Assembly: GCA_000708835.1 (NCBI GenBank) | Contig: DF237104.1 | Span: 62,001 to 126,000, forward strand | DNA: 64,000 nt | Direction of reading: 5' to 3' | Origin: Klebsormidium nitens | Taxonomy: Eukaryota; Plantae; Klebsormidiophyceae | Part shown: in pieces, positions 11,180 to 24,500 of the stretch | How positions within the stretch are numbered: the first letter of the stretch is position 1 | Layout of the letters: every line of letters starts with the position of its first letter | Made by a program: the position numbers and the translations under genes | The notes under the pieces: model-generated | What the model was told of the DNA's origin: nothing | Database searches by the model: none | The model's input: only the letters and a program-made list of their open reading frames with translations

Positions 11180-14100
11180 ATGGCGCTCCGCCAGCGCACG
11201 CCAGCTGTCCAGCTGCTAACAGTGGTTTTGCTCGCGCTGACAGCTGTCAGCCCCATCAAAGCGCAGTTTGGAGCAAACGGCACGTTCCACCCGGGCGGGG
11301 TGACCAGGAACTTTTCAGTCACTGGCCCATGGAGTGAGTGGGGTCATTTGCCCAGATTTCTCGACAGCATGGAGATCTATGTGTCATGTTCTAGCTCTTC
11401 AGGTCTCTGTTCTTCCTTGCTTTTTCCTGCTCCAGATCCTGTCGATGGTCAGTCACTGTGGCACCTTGTCAATGGATCAGAATCTTGTAATGGAGCAGCT
11501 CATTCAATGTCATCTGTGTCCAGATGAGCAGAATGAAAGCGGCTGCTTTTTGCAGCTCTTCTCGCCTCTGTTTCGTTTCACTGCGTGCTGATTGAGCAGG
11601 CAGCCAGTTTGTCTATCTCAGGAGCTTTGCATCCCTACTGCCACCAGCTTGAGTGACAAATCTGTTCCTCTATTGGTATTCTTGACTCGGATAAATAAGA
11701 GGGAGAAACTTCAGCGTTCTTACATGGCACGATGTCTAGACCAGTCTGGTTTCCCGAACATAACCTTCCAGAAAGCCCAGTAGTCAGGCAAACCTTACTA
11801 GATTTGAAGACAGCTGCTTTAGATCAAAGGAGTCCTATCCAGCCTTCTCCGGAAGCAGATTCTGTATTGCGAAGCCAGCTAAACCGTCTTTTAACAAGAG
11901 CATCTGTGTCTGTTGCAATGTACTTAACCCCAGCGCTGTTTTTTTTCAGACTTCATTGACACTCTGTCCCTGAACTACACCACCCAAGCCCTGCCCCAGT
12001 CCTTTGCGCGGGCGCAGTGTCAAACCGGGCAGCCGGCCTACCCTGTAGTGGAGGCGACCATTGATGGGGTGCAGCAGGTATGCAAGGTCAACTCGAAGCT
12101 ATGGGCTTTCTGTAGCTGCACACTCTTCTTGGGCATCTCCTAGAACAGCATAACCTTGCAGTGTGACCAATCAACGGATTTGAGTGGCTTGCTTGTGGTC
12201 AGATCTTTGGACCTACCCAATCCGCTCTGCGCCCCACTAGAACTTGGTCGTCAGGTCTTCCTCCCTTGGACCAGAAGACTCCAAACGACCCCTTCCAAGT
12301 TTGCCATTCACTGCACCCTCTACACTTCGGACCCTCACTCAAAGCCTTGCAATTTGGCCGCCACCTCTAGCTTTGTCAGGTGACAAAAAAAAGTGGTTGA
12401 AGATACTTCAAGTCAGTAATTGTCGAGTTACTTCAAGCGAGTGATTGGAACAATCAGAATGGGTTCCAACCTCAGCCCCTCAAAAAGACTGATGGTTACC
12501 AGCACAAGCCAAACCGACACAAGGGACCAACGAGAGGTCAGCTTACCCATTTTTTTCTTTTTTATTCAAGTCATTGAAGTCAGTACCTCACACTTCTACC
12601 AAGTGGATTTTAGTGGACTCGCGCAATCACACACATTCCTGACTGCTCTGACCGCAGGCAATGCTGGCGGAAAATCTGACATGCAGCCAGCTGATTGCGG
12701 CATATGTCCAGGTAAGCTCTGATTGGTCGTCCATTGCAACAACGTCCTCAATGTGCCGACAATCTGTAGAAGCTGGCCATTAGGGGCCACCAAAATTGTG
12801 GTTGAGTATCATGCAGTTCGTTGAGAAAGACCGTTCTGTGCTAGCTCGGTTGAATTGTGTTCCTGTGAATTGAAAGTGCCGCTTGAAACGTATGGACGTA
12901 GATCCATCACTTGCCGAAATCATCATTTCTGGAGATTGACCCTCCGGCCCATGTCTGAGGTTAGTCGGCCATCTGGCGGACATAGACGAATCGAAGCAGT
13001 CAACATTCAACGTCCTGAACATACCACAACTGCCGCTGCTCTGCAGCGATAACGCTTTGCACTGCGAGTCGCCTTTCACCCGCGTGCACAGCGCGCCCCA
13101 CGTCTCGTCAATCCCCTTGACTTCTCGAGTTCTGACGCCACCTGCTGTCACCACCACCTTCTTATGAGGCCATACGTCACCTTCTCCGGATCCTTCCGCA
13201 GTGCATCTTTCACTACGACAAGGGCACTGGCGGTCACTTCTCACCCCATCTCTTGACGTCACCTCCACAGCGTATCTCTGGCTATGAAATGAGTACCGGC
13301 GGTCACTTCTCACCCCATCTCTTGACGTCATCCTCTGACGTCACCTTCTCTATCCGCAGCGCATCTCCTACTACGACCGGAGCACTGGCCGTCACTTGCC
13401 ACCCCACCTTCTGACGTCACCCTCTGACGCCACCTTCTCTTTCCACAGTGCATCTCTTGCTACGACAAGACCACCGCCGCCACTTCTGATCCCACCTGAC
13501 CCCACCTTCTGACGTCACCTTCTGACGTCATTTTCCTTCCTTGCAGCGCATCTCCTATTACGACCAGAGCACTGGCGTTAACGCGGTCCGCCTGGTCATG
13601 CCGGACCTCGCAAACGTCACTGCCGCAAAGGACGCGCAGCTGGCGGCCGTCATTGCTTCCGGCAACAACACGCTCCCCGACCTGTTTTGCGTTCCCTTCG
13701 TGGTTAAGGATAACTACGACACGGTTGGCGTCGCGACCGCGAATGGCGCGGTGGCGCTGCTCGACAACTTCCCCTCAGCGGACGCAACCATTGTGAGAAG
13801 TCACCTTTCTACATCGGTTTCATTTGTTTGATGGTTTGCGTTTCGTTGGTGGTTAAGGATCATTACGACACGGTTGGTGTCGCGACCGCGAATGGCGTGG
13901 TGGCGCTGCTCGACAACTTCCCGTCGGCGGATGCGACCATAGTGAGGAGTAACGGTTTGTGATAGGTTCTATTTGTAGAATCGTTTGCGTTTCGTTCGTA
14001 TTTAAGGATAACTACGACACGGTTGGGGTGGCGCTGCTCGACAACTTTCCCTCAGCCGACGCAACCATTGCGAGGAGTTCACTTACAAAACTGTTCTTAA

Positions 14101-17100
14101 AAAGCGGACTGTTTTCTGTGAACCATCGCGCAAGCGAAGCTGCCTTTTGTTCCCGAGCGATGGGCTGGGCCGCCTCTCATTTGGTTCCGGTGAGACTTCC
14201 AACTGAAAGGTTTCACTGACAATCGCTCAGGTAGAGCTCAAATGGCTGCGGTTTAAGACGCGTTCGTTTTGCGTAAACCCAGGTGGCATAGATAAAGGCT
14301 TTGGGCGCAATAAATATGCATCTTTGTTCTGCTGAAACAAGGCCAAGACAACCCTTCCGCCTATTGTTCAATCTGATCGGGTCTGGCTTTGGTTTAAAAC
14401 GCGTCTTTTAATCAAATCCAGGTGGCACAAATCAAGGCTGCGGGAGCGGTAATTTTGGCCAAGGGCAATATGGCCGAGTGGGCCTTCTCGAACGCGGTCT
14501 CCATCGGCTCTGCTTTCGGCATCGTGCGCAACCCGTACGACACCGATCGCGTCACCGCAGGTTAGCAGTTATTAACCAAAACCCGAAACCCTCGGATGGT
14601 CAAAGTTTTGCAGAATGCGGTCGAAGCTCGAGCCTCGGGCCTCGAACCTCTGTCAAGCGCGGAGCTCACTTCAATCCTGATGCGAGAGAGTCTCGCACCG
14701 CGTGGGGTGTCGAAATGAATCGCCAGAGACAAAGTTGGCCATCAGAGCTGCGACAAGCGGGTATCAGAACATCTCAATTGTGAGACTCCCCTTCGACGCG
14801 ACACACTTCAAAGCACCAGCTAAATCGCAATATCGGACTTTCGCCAATGCAAGCCGCTCTGGCAGCCGTTCTTTGAAACACGTGACAACGCACGCAGGCA
14901 GCAGTGGCGGCCCCGCGGCCGCGGTCTCCGCGAGCTTCGCCATGATTGGGCTCGGTACGGACACGGGCAACTCGATCCGCGGGCCGTCCGGCCACAACGC
15001 GCTGGTGGGCATTCGCAGCACCATCGGCATCACCTCACGGTGAGCAACTCGAAAACTGACCCGTAGATCCTAAACCCTAAACCATGAACGTTAAAACAGG
15101 TTTCTAGGCCTTTTGAAACTCGGGCACGCGGCGGCGATCAGTTGGCGTTACTTCGTGATGAGCGTCGGGAGGTCTTAGAAGCATAAATTCGCGGTATCTC
15201 TCGATCCAGGGAAAGAATCCAGGGTTCTGGTTACCGTATCGCCGTTTACAGTTTCAAGATTTGAGGAACACTACGTGGATGTTCGAAATTTGTTCCTTTT
15301 AACATTAGCTACGAATCAGGTACGACTCTGCCAAGCGACAGAGAACGCCCACTCTTTGCCGCTTGTAAACAAGACAGTCCGCCACATGCTTTTGATAAGA
15401 AAGACGAGCAGGTTTGGAACTGATATTCCAAGCGACAAAGAACGCCCACTCTTCGCTGCTTGTAAGCAAGACAGTCCGCCATAAATCTGGAGATGAAGAC
15501 AAGCACTTTTGGAACTCATTTTCAAAAAGTTTGATAACTGATACTGTGTGCAGGGCCGGCATCATCCCCCTCATTCTGAACCGCGACATCGGCGGGCCCA
15601 TGGGGCGCACCGTCACTGACGTGGCCAAGGTCTTCCAGCACATCGTGAGGGCGCTCGCTGACGTCACTTTGTAATTCCGTATCCGCGCGCTTAATCGAGG
15701 ATACGCGTAGTCTGTCGTCGTTCATTGGCGAGGAGCTCGGATCTGGCAGATTCTAGAAAGGGCCGCTGCACGAATGAACGGTGAGACGCTATCTTCAAAC
15801 AGTGATGCAACCGGCCGAAGCAGGCATTCCTTGAACGCGCCTCGATCGAAGCTCCTTCTTTGACGCCTTTCGAGTCGGGTTCGAATCGCGCGTCCGCAGG
15901 TTTTTCTTTTCTTGCAGACCGTGATTGAACGAGTTGCCAGGTGTTCGCAATTCTGTGAGCTTCTCATTTTCCTTACCAGGTGGGCCCCGACCCGACCGGG
16001 CGTGACGACGTGACCCTCCGCAGCGCAAACTCTACGCTTAATCCGTACGGCATCCCGTCCAACTACACGCAGTTCCTCAACGCGAGCGGGCTGCAGGTAA
16101 GCGAGATTCTCCGTTGCTCAATCCGCGACTTTCAGCTTCGATCGGCGTTTGAGAATCTACTTAAGATTTACTCCCTGAAAAGGCACATCGCTCGAGACTA
16201 AGGTGAGAGATCCTTTTCCTTCCAGGGAAAACATAAGTCTTGAAACTTTTCCTTTCAGGGAAAAGGTAACTCTTGAAAGCCCATCAAGAACTTGAGTCGA
16301 ACCTCGAGAGATTCTTCCTTGCCAAAGACTGAGATGCCGCTAGTCGCCTGACTGTGGACTATATCAAGATCGAGCGGCTGAGAAGATTCAGTTGTGTGGC
16401 AAACCTCCGCTCGACCTGTTAGGAAAGTCGAGGTAAGGAACGGGATGTGACCGCTGACCAAGGCTGTTTGAACTCGCTGCCTGCAAGCTCTTCTGACCAG
16501 GATTATAGACCGTTTGTCTAAAGGCAGAAGATCAAAAGCATCTTTACCCCCTCCGAAATTCTTTGGTCGAGTTTGATCTGAGTTAACAATTGCTCTAGAA
16601 GCCACATGCTTTCACCTCGTGGCTGCACCAGGTCTATTCTTTTGCGACGCTGCAAGCGGCGTCGGGCAGACGCCCTCTCTAACCACTTGTGGTTAACGGC
16701 GAAACCCGCCCACCGAGCGGAGCTTGACGGATGGTTGTAACCCCCTTTCGTCACAGGGCAAAACAATTGGCGTGCTTCGTAGCCTAGAGTTCAACCCGAC
16801 GACTAGCCCCGACGGCGAGATCCAGAACCTGTTCAACCGCGCCATAATGGACCTTCAGTCGCTTGGGGCGACTGTCATTGACAACTTCACTGTAACCGGT
16901 ACGCACCAGCCTCGTCTGCGCCCTTCACCCTAGACTTTCTCGCAGCTACTTGTGAAGGCAGCTGTCAAGAGTTTCGCTCACACTTCACCCCTTTGCGGCT
17001 CCTGCGGTGCTCTGTGCTATCTCACTCTTGCGTTGCAATGTTTGTGATATCTTCGTACGGAAGATATCACAAACAATCAGGGCAACTTTTCAGCTGAGTG

Positions 17101-20100
17101 TCTCTTCTGACCCCTAAACAATTTGCTGGCAGCAAGCCGTGAAAACGGACCCGGGTTTTTTGTTATCTCCCACGCATCACTTCTGTTCGCCTGATCTGGT
17201 TGTTCCAGACACTTTTCTGCGCGACAAGCTGCTGTACGGACGTACTTCCGCCGTCCTCTTCGAGCTAAAATTCCGGTTTTCTCGCTCCAGGCAAACCCGC
17301 TGAGCGAAAAGCCGTGGCACCAACGAAACAATCTTCCTGGACCGTGTCAGTGCCGAAAACGCTCGACAGACAACTAAAATGGTGACATGTTTTATTTACC
17401 TTCGCAGTCAACTCGCTGGGCGACAGTGCCGGAAACGATCAGCAGACACTGGCAACTAGAATGTGACATGTGTTTTTGACCTTTTCCAGGCAACTCGTTG
17501 GGCGACAAGCCGTGGGACGGCCGCAACAGCTGGTACGTGGGTACCGGCGCGAACGGTTCCTTTGTCGGTTTCTCGAACCCGCAGTGCGCCAACTGGATCG
17601 AAGACTTGCAGACGTATCTCAGCACGGCAGGCAGCAGTTTCAAGACGGTGAATGACATTTACGTCAGCGGCGGGTTCCACCCGTCGGTGGTTGGGAGCTT
17701 TACCAGCAACATGAGGAACCAGAACATCTCGTCGGCCAGCCTGCCAACGGCCAACGGGATTGCGGCGGTGAGGAAACGAAGGAAACGGACGGGAATTTTG
17801 AAAGCACGGAAAATAGGATGCATAAGAAAATGTTGGCATTTAAGACATGAACAGGTTATTGTGGGTAGGAGACCAAAAGCTTGGTTGCGAATGCCGACTT
17901 TTGCTTAGGAACGTATCGATTTGGGTCAATCAGAACACTTTCCTGCAAACCTCGCACGCGGCATCGCACTTGTCAAAGGCGATGCTGCATAGAGAATGGA
18001 GACGGCTTTGTGAGAATCGACCTTATTGCGAACCGGATTTCAGTGCCATTCAAGTAACCTCGCTATCGGCTTGAGCAGGCACGCCTCCAGACTGCCAGCC
18101 GACCCATTAAAGAAAGTCCTTTGTGGTTGCAGGGTCAAGTATGCACCTGCGGGGACGACTTGACAAACGTGAGTGGACCTCAGATTCTCATCAAGAGTGG
18201 TCCAAGCTCGTCGGCAGCAGATTGCGGCTGGGGCGCCCTGACGGCGGATTGTTCACATCCTCTCTGTATGTATTTTCTGCAAGATAAATCTTTACTGGAC
18301 GCTCTATCCTGTTCATTCCATTGTCAAGAGCGCCAGAAGATATCGTGACTCCGTGTCGCGGGACTTCAATCATGCTTTGCACATCCCCACCTCATACATG
18401 CGTCACCTACTCTTGCCCGATAACGGTTGGAATCGGTTGGTTCCGAGCCCGTCTTTTGCACAAAGTCAGACGCAGCTTTGCAGAGTCCGAACCGCTTTGA
18501 ACCCACCTGAACTTCGTAACTGCTTTCTTGCGGCGGTGCAGCCGTGTCGTGTCGAGTTTCGGACGCGGCTCCTGGCAGCGATGGACGCCCAAAATGCGGA
18601 CGCCCTGATCTACCCGGGGTGGGCCAACCCGGCGCGTCTGGTCGGCGATTACGACAGCCCTCTGGGCGACCTTTCGCAGATCATCCCGCCCAACACCGGC
18701 ATGCCCGGGATCGTCGTGCCAATGGTGAGCTGCCACGTGGCGCTTGTTATATGGTAATGCGGCTGTTTGTGGGGATTTGAGAAGAAAGGGAGAAGCGAAT
18801 TGTTACAATGCAAACCGCCTGACGCCGGCATGCCCGGGATGCCTGTGCCGAAAATGAGCCGCCACGTGGCTTTCGTCGAAAAGCGTCACGAACGGGGGAG
18901 GATCAGAAATTTATCGCTCGACACGGGATGCTCGGGATTGTTGTACTATCCATGGGCTTTGATTCTTCGTTTAAATACTGCGTCGCAAAAAAGCAGGGAC
19001 AGGGGACTTACCGCCGTTCTGCCGAGGCTGATCACCAGCCCAATATTGGCATGGTCAATTTCGTGGGAGATGCCACGTGGCGTGCTGGGAAAGCGTCTTG
19101 TCATATCCACCTCGTCCCTCTCGATACGGACGGGTAAAGGTAATTAGGCGGAAATGCTCAACGGCTCAAAGGCTCAGATCAACTCCAGTCAAATCAACAT
19201 AGCGGAGTTGCTTAGGTTAGTTGGCGGATGCTGATTCCTGTTTCTCCGTTGCAGGGCTACACATCCCGTGGGCTTCCCGCGACTCTACAGGTGAGCCGAC
19301 CGCCTTCTTGAAAATCCAGTCGCTTCAAGAAAATTGTTGAGGTTCTGATTTTTAGTTGCCTCGATATAGCGGGAAGGGTTTGTTTTGATGTGCGAGTGGT
19401 CTGTGAACCCCTCTTTCAGTTCTCGTCCAGCCAATTGCGTAGTGGCAACTGCTGGCCTTAAAGACATCGACCAAAATATTGAGTCCTTGGAAACTTCGAC
19501 GATGTTCGATTATGCCGCAGTAGACCTTAATGCCGGCGTCTTTCGTAGAACACTCAGTGAATGGGTTGGTCAGCCGGTCCAACTTTTCACGCCAGTCGAA
19601 CGCCTTCTTATCATCTTATCCTCTCCTTATCGCACTTTCCGCGACCTTGCCTTTCGATTCCCGCTGTGTTCTCTGTTGCTTCTTCCTTTGATCTTCGCTG
19701 AAAAACGCACCTTTTCGCGTGTGCTTCTTTCAACCTCTTCTTCCTCCAATGTCTTTTCTGAGCGTTTCAAGCTCGCGCTGCGTCCTGCAGATTGTCGCCC
19801 GCCCTTACGCGGAGCCAACGCTCTTCACGATCGCATATGCATACGAGCAGGGCACCAAGCGCCGCACGGTGGGTCGCAGTCTCTAGACCAACTTGTTTGC
19901 AATAGACTCGCCGTCTCTGGGATTATTGGAGTGAGATGCCACCTCTGAATTCCACTGCTAACTCGTTTGCACACTGTCTTATTGTGCGCGTGTTGTCGCA
20001 ATCCGATGCTACGTAATCGCACTCCGCAACCGTCCTTCGTCTCCAATCTTTGGGTTTTATTCCCTCCGTCGCGAGTAGCTGATGACAACCTGAGCTTCCT

Positions 20101-20220
20101 CAAAGCGCACAAGTATTCAATGATAAAATCTTCCCTATAATGCAGCCCCCGCCCGGTTTCTCGGAATGCACCGCCAACAGTACGTCCTCGGGCATCACGT
20201 CCAAAGAGGCCTTCCCGTAG
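11180..20220 (+). CDS. Secreted amidase-signature (AS) family amidase (Ser-cisSer-Lys triad), ~15 exons
   Basis: Approximate exons: 11180-11333, 11950-12077, 12658-12711, 13547-13792, 14422-14560, 14898-15039, 15554-15643, 15980-16096, 16757-16898, 17491-17767, 18133-18168, 18542-18724, 19255-19290, 19791-19868, 20146-20220. N-terminal signal peptide [28 protein letters not shown]. Motifs: [18 protein letters not shown] (catalytic Lys), [36 protein letters not shown] (nucleophile Ser), [56 protein letters not shown]. Many NxS/T sequons. Confidence 0.92.
13140..13546 (+). repeat. Ladder of four degenerate copies of the amidase exon-4 acceptor junction
   Basis: AG followed by exon-4-like starts at 13202, 13271, 13360 and 13449 (real exon at 13547). 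For example gcag|cgcatctccctactacgaccggagcactggc versus real gcag|cgcatctcctattacgaccagagcactggc. Six TGACGTCA motifs lie in the spacers. Confidence 0.85.
13836..14075 (+). repeat. Two copies of the amidase exon-4 3' end plus donor, inside intron 4
   Basis: Copy 1 ends ACCATA|gtgagg at 13941. Copy 2 has a 21-nt deletion and ends ACCATT|gcgagg at 14069. The real donor is ACCATT|gtgaga at 13792. Confidence 0.9.
15325..15520 (+). repeat. Purely intronic ~97-bp tandem duplication (amidase intron 6)
   Basis: ccaagcgacagagaacgcccactc...gcttgtaaacaagacagtccgcca at 15331 recurs at 15428. Confidence 0.85.
17039..17075. repeat. Perfect 16-bp-stem hairpin in amidase intron 9
   Basis: tgtttgtgatatcttc-gtacg-gaagatatcacaaaca. 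Confidence 0.9.
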
Positions 20221-21580
20221 ACGTGGGCGGAAGCCTCTAAGTTGGAGTCGGAAGATCTCGTCAAGTATAATAAGGGGTGTGCGTTGATGCTTGCCATGTT
20301 GCTTCCAAACTCTAAACATCTTGGATCAATGATTATTGTTTGGGGTTTGATAGGAATCTAAAGACTGCTAAATGAGTAAGGTGCACACAAGTCAGGATTG
20401 CAGAGGGGCTTTACTTAGGCGGATGACGGTGCCGAATACATCGCTTTGAATGCGATGCAGTGACCAGCTTATCAAGCAGCTTCAAAAGAGGGGCTTTGAG
20501 GTGAACGAAGTACGAAGAGGATGCATGTTGTGTCGAACGGGCTGGGTACGAAAGACACTTCGAAAGATCTGGAGGCTAAGTTACATTCAATGTATGCACA
20601 CGTCTTGAAGCTTGACGTTCTGAAGTTGTGAAGTTCGGCGATCGTACATGAAAGGTGCATGACTCCACTTTAGTAGCGAATTAACATTTGTGACTGATTG
20701 GCTGCCTATAGCCGGGACGTTGCACCGTTATTAAATGTTCAACTGTCGGAGCGTTTGTGTATGGGTAACCTGGAAGCCTGCACATGTTGATGTTTATTCA
20801 GCTTGACTGGCATGCCATGCATGCGATGCAAAGCTCAATATAATGCGTGTGCTGTAGTTCACTTTGCGCGCGGTTTAAAGTCAGACCCGCAATGTACTGG
20901 CAAGCGCTCCGCCGGGCAGGGTCGTACGCGGTACCACTAAGACGGCCCCGGCCAATTACCACATGAATACTCAACCAAGCGGCCCATGCTCGGTAAGGGC
21001 TTTACTATGATGTGATGTATGGATTACTTATGTTTTAGCTGCCGCGGCCGATACCTAAAATTGCAAGGACTGTGCGTCGGCCAGAACCGTATTAAAGCTC
21101 TCGAAAAAGTTGGATTTCAATTGAACCATTGATCCGCGAAGTTTGCACAATTTGACCCACTGTAGTACGTCTAAAGGGGTGCATGAACTTGCAATCTGAA
21201 ATGCTCAGTTATGTAATCAGACATTTTGATCTGCCACATAAGTGCATCCGTGACCGAAGATTGGCCCGGCTGCAGGTATGTGCCACCCCAAATCCAATTT
21301 AAGCGGCCGGGTACAATCAACGCAAGCTAGGCCAATGGCGCACATGCCGGTTGCACATGCATGTGGCATGCTTGTAAAGTTCCATTTCGGCCAAGCTGCG
21401 CTACAGATATACATTCATTAGTTTGCGAGACGCGCATTCAATCATTGCTTGCATTCTGGGCAGTTCCTAGAGTAAACCTAATGATCGAACAATGATTGTC
21501 CTACTCGTCGAACTTACTGAAAACTAGGTATTTACAGCCCTACTTGACTTTCACAACCCCGCGAACACGCTAACCTAGTC

Positions 21581-24500
21581 TCACCTCGGCCGTTGACTTT
21601 CTCCAGCGTATATTGATACAATCGAGTCAGTCGCGCCCGCGGCTAGAAGCACTTGGTATGGGTGGAACTGGAGGCAACTGACGGGCCCTATCCGTTGCCC
21701 CAAAAAGCTGTTATGATACCTTACCATGCTGAGTTGCTCTCCAGCCATGCTGAAGACTTTGATATATTGCTTTGCGGAGCCGCTGGCCATAACCGGGGCA
21801 TGTCTGTGCACGGTGAGGGCAGTCATGCTGCCCTTGTGGGCTTCGATGGATAAGTACGACTGGCTCGCCCGCCGCATGTCGAGCAACTGGATGTCGCCCC
21901 ACACGGACGCACTCACGAGCTGTAGCAAAGAGGAGCAAAGTAAAGATTAGGGAACAGAAGGTTCTTCACTGAAAGGGCGATTCGGCAGGCAATCAAGCCC
22001 TTCTGTGAAGCTCACTGTAAGTCAAAGGAAAGCTTCACGGAGGTCATTGGATCATTATCTACACATGAGCGAGAAAGACAGTATACTGATATTGACAAGT
22101 GTCGGTAAGATCTGCGCGCACGACATTGCAATGAAAAGTGAGAAACCCGGCTTTGCACAAGCGCAAAGTCAACGAAAATCAATAGCAGAACAAAAACCCA
22201 CTGGTGGAGTACACTTGAACGAGGGAGCCTGCAATTGAGCGTAAACAGAAAAAGTTGCGTGGGCGACCAATCAAGTGCACCGACTCACCTTGGTCGGTTC
22301 TGCCCCGGGCTGGAAGTCGACCCCTACGACTTTATGCGTGTGGGGGGTCGCCGTACCGACGAGTCTGCACAAGAGACGACACGTGTCAAAGCGAGCAGGT
22401 GAAGCGAAATATCAAAAGTAAGCACATTGGGTACTAACGTTTGTGTGCTCAATATTAGCGGCTCGATCGATCCTTCCAAAACGCGTTCCTACTTATTTGA
22501 CGGGTCGAACATAGTTCGGGTGCAGCTTTGGTCACTTCGTTGCAATTGGGGAAGACCGGTTGCCCACCGCAACGTCCAGGGTCGTGCACCACTCCTCTTA
22601 ACCAATGAAATCGCCAAGCTGAGGGCTGATTCGACACACGCAAAAAAAAAACTTTCGCGCGGCTCAGAGGAGCCATCAATTCTGCAGTATGTGAACGCCC
22701 CAAACGGACGCGAAGACGCAGATAGTGTGCGGACTCACGAGTTTCGCGTCCGCATGTCGAACAGCTTGACGGACCCGTCCGCGCAACCGGCCACCAGTTG
22801 CGCTGGATGGACCTGGGAAGCGTTCTGCAGCAGCGGACAGCACCAAGAAAGAGGTAAGGGGAGAGCGAGTCAGTCAGCGCTAGTGAGATAGCTTTGAATG
22901 CGGTTGGACACATATCAAAAGCGAGAAGAGCTTGATTTACGAGCACAACTTCCTCGTGGGCACGCGTTGAATAGCTGGCATTGGCCCGGCGTATTCCCGA
23001 GCGAGAAAGCGAGTGCTGATGAGATAGCCTGGAAGGCTGTTGAACACAAACAGAGAGCGACGAGGGCTCAAATCACAAGCACAGCGTACTCCAAAAAAGA
23101 CACCTAGGAACGCGTCGATTGGACGGCTTGGCCCGGCGTGCTTTTCAATACCTGGAAAAACATTGAACCCACTGAAAGAGCTAGCAAGCGCAGGAACGCT
23201 AGATTTGCATTCCGAGAAGCCCCGCTTGAGGATCTCAGGCGTAAAATTTAGTCTTAAGAAAGCTCCTGATTTGGGCCCGGTTGATAGAACCGGGGTGAGG
23301 AACCAGAAAAGGTGGACCAACTCCGAAGACCGGGCGGCTTCGCAATTGCGCTCGATTGGAGAACCGCGATGAGTAGGGGCGAAGATGAAAGGGCGGTCCA
23401 TCCTTTCACGCTCGGTGAGTCAAGGGTGATACAAACGGACGCGTCTTCTTACCAGAGCCACGACGGACGCGTCCGTTTGCATGGGCACGCTCGCGCTCAG
23501 CATCTCCCGGTCCATGTCCCACACGTGGAGGAACGGCACCTCCCCAGAGGCGTACTGAAGAAGAGATGGACAAAAGAATGGAGTGTATTGTTTTGGTGCA
23601 CTAGAAAACGCTTCGCTTTCAAGCTTCTCCAAATTGGGCGAAGTGAGCTTTTGAGAATGGAACTTCGGGCAATCAAGTACCCGACGACAGAACGTGTACG
23701 TGCGGCCCTTTTGGAGACCCGCTGACGAGCTGCTGATGCCGCGTTCAAACGCTTTCGAAAACATTTGCACAACGATCAACAGCCTGGCAGCGTGACCGGG
23801 CGGGGAGGAAGGAACCAGAGGGGCTGAAAACAAGATTCCGATCGAACACTTTGCTGAGCAACTTATTCACCACCATCATTGGCTGGCATGGCTGGCAAGT
23901 CAGAAAGGCTTTTGGCTTTTTTTTTTAATTTTGAATTTTGTACGACGGCGGCGCCCGCATGATGCCCTTCGACAGCACAATATCCGACATAAGACCTCTC
24001 AAATTCCAATTCGTAACATCTATACATTTTAAGGTATTGGAAAATCAGATCACGAAACCTTTAAGGCAACCACTGAGCTGCTGCCAGTGGTCAACGGCGC
24101 CGCCTGCCCCTCCACTTCGGGGTTTCATAAGCCAAGAGGTTTCCGAAAAGTTTCTAAGTGCATACATCACGCATCCGCAAGAGGCGCAGGCATAATAACG
24201 TCGAACTTACGAGGCATCCGCTGAGCTGCTGCCAGTCGACGACGGCGCCGCCCGCCCTGGCGCTCTGCCGGTGCCCCTCCAGGACGTTGAACGCGGTCGC
24301 CAGCCGCTGCTTTCCCCGCTCCGCAAAGTTGCGCCACACGCGCACCGCCCCGTCGTCTGCACAGAATGTCAGCAGCTTTTGAGACGGGCTTTGGTTCTGC
24401 TTCCTGTCTGCAGACCCTCGGTTATGAAGCTGACATCCTAGGGCACCAACCAGACGGACCTCGGTTTCTGGTTTTTTTGGTCAGTAGGTGTTTGCCAAAG

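Noticed and set aside
13140-13546. Regularly spaced repeats resembling a CRISPR array
   Set aside because: The units are degenerate copies of the neighbouring exon junction in a spliced eukaryotic gene; there are no identical repeats with unique spacers and no cas genes.
15870-15895. GGTTCGAATC B-box suggesting a tRNA or SINE
   Set aside because: No A-box at the right spacing and no cloverleaf or acceptor stem.
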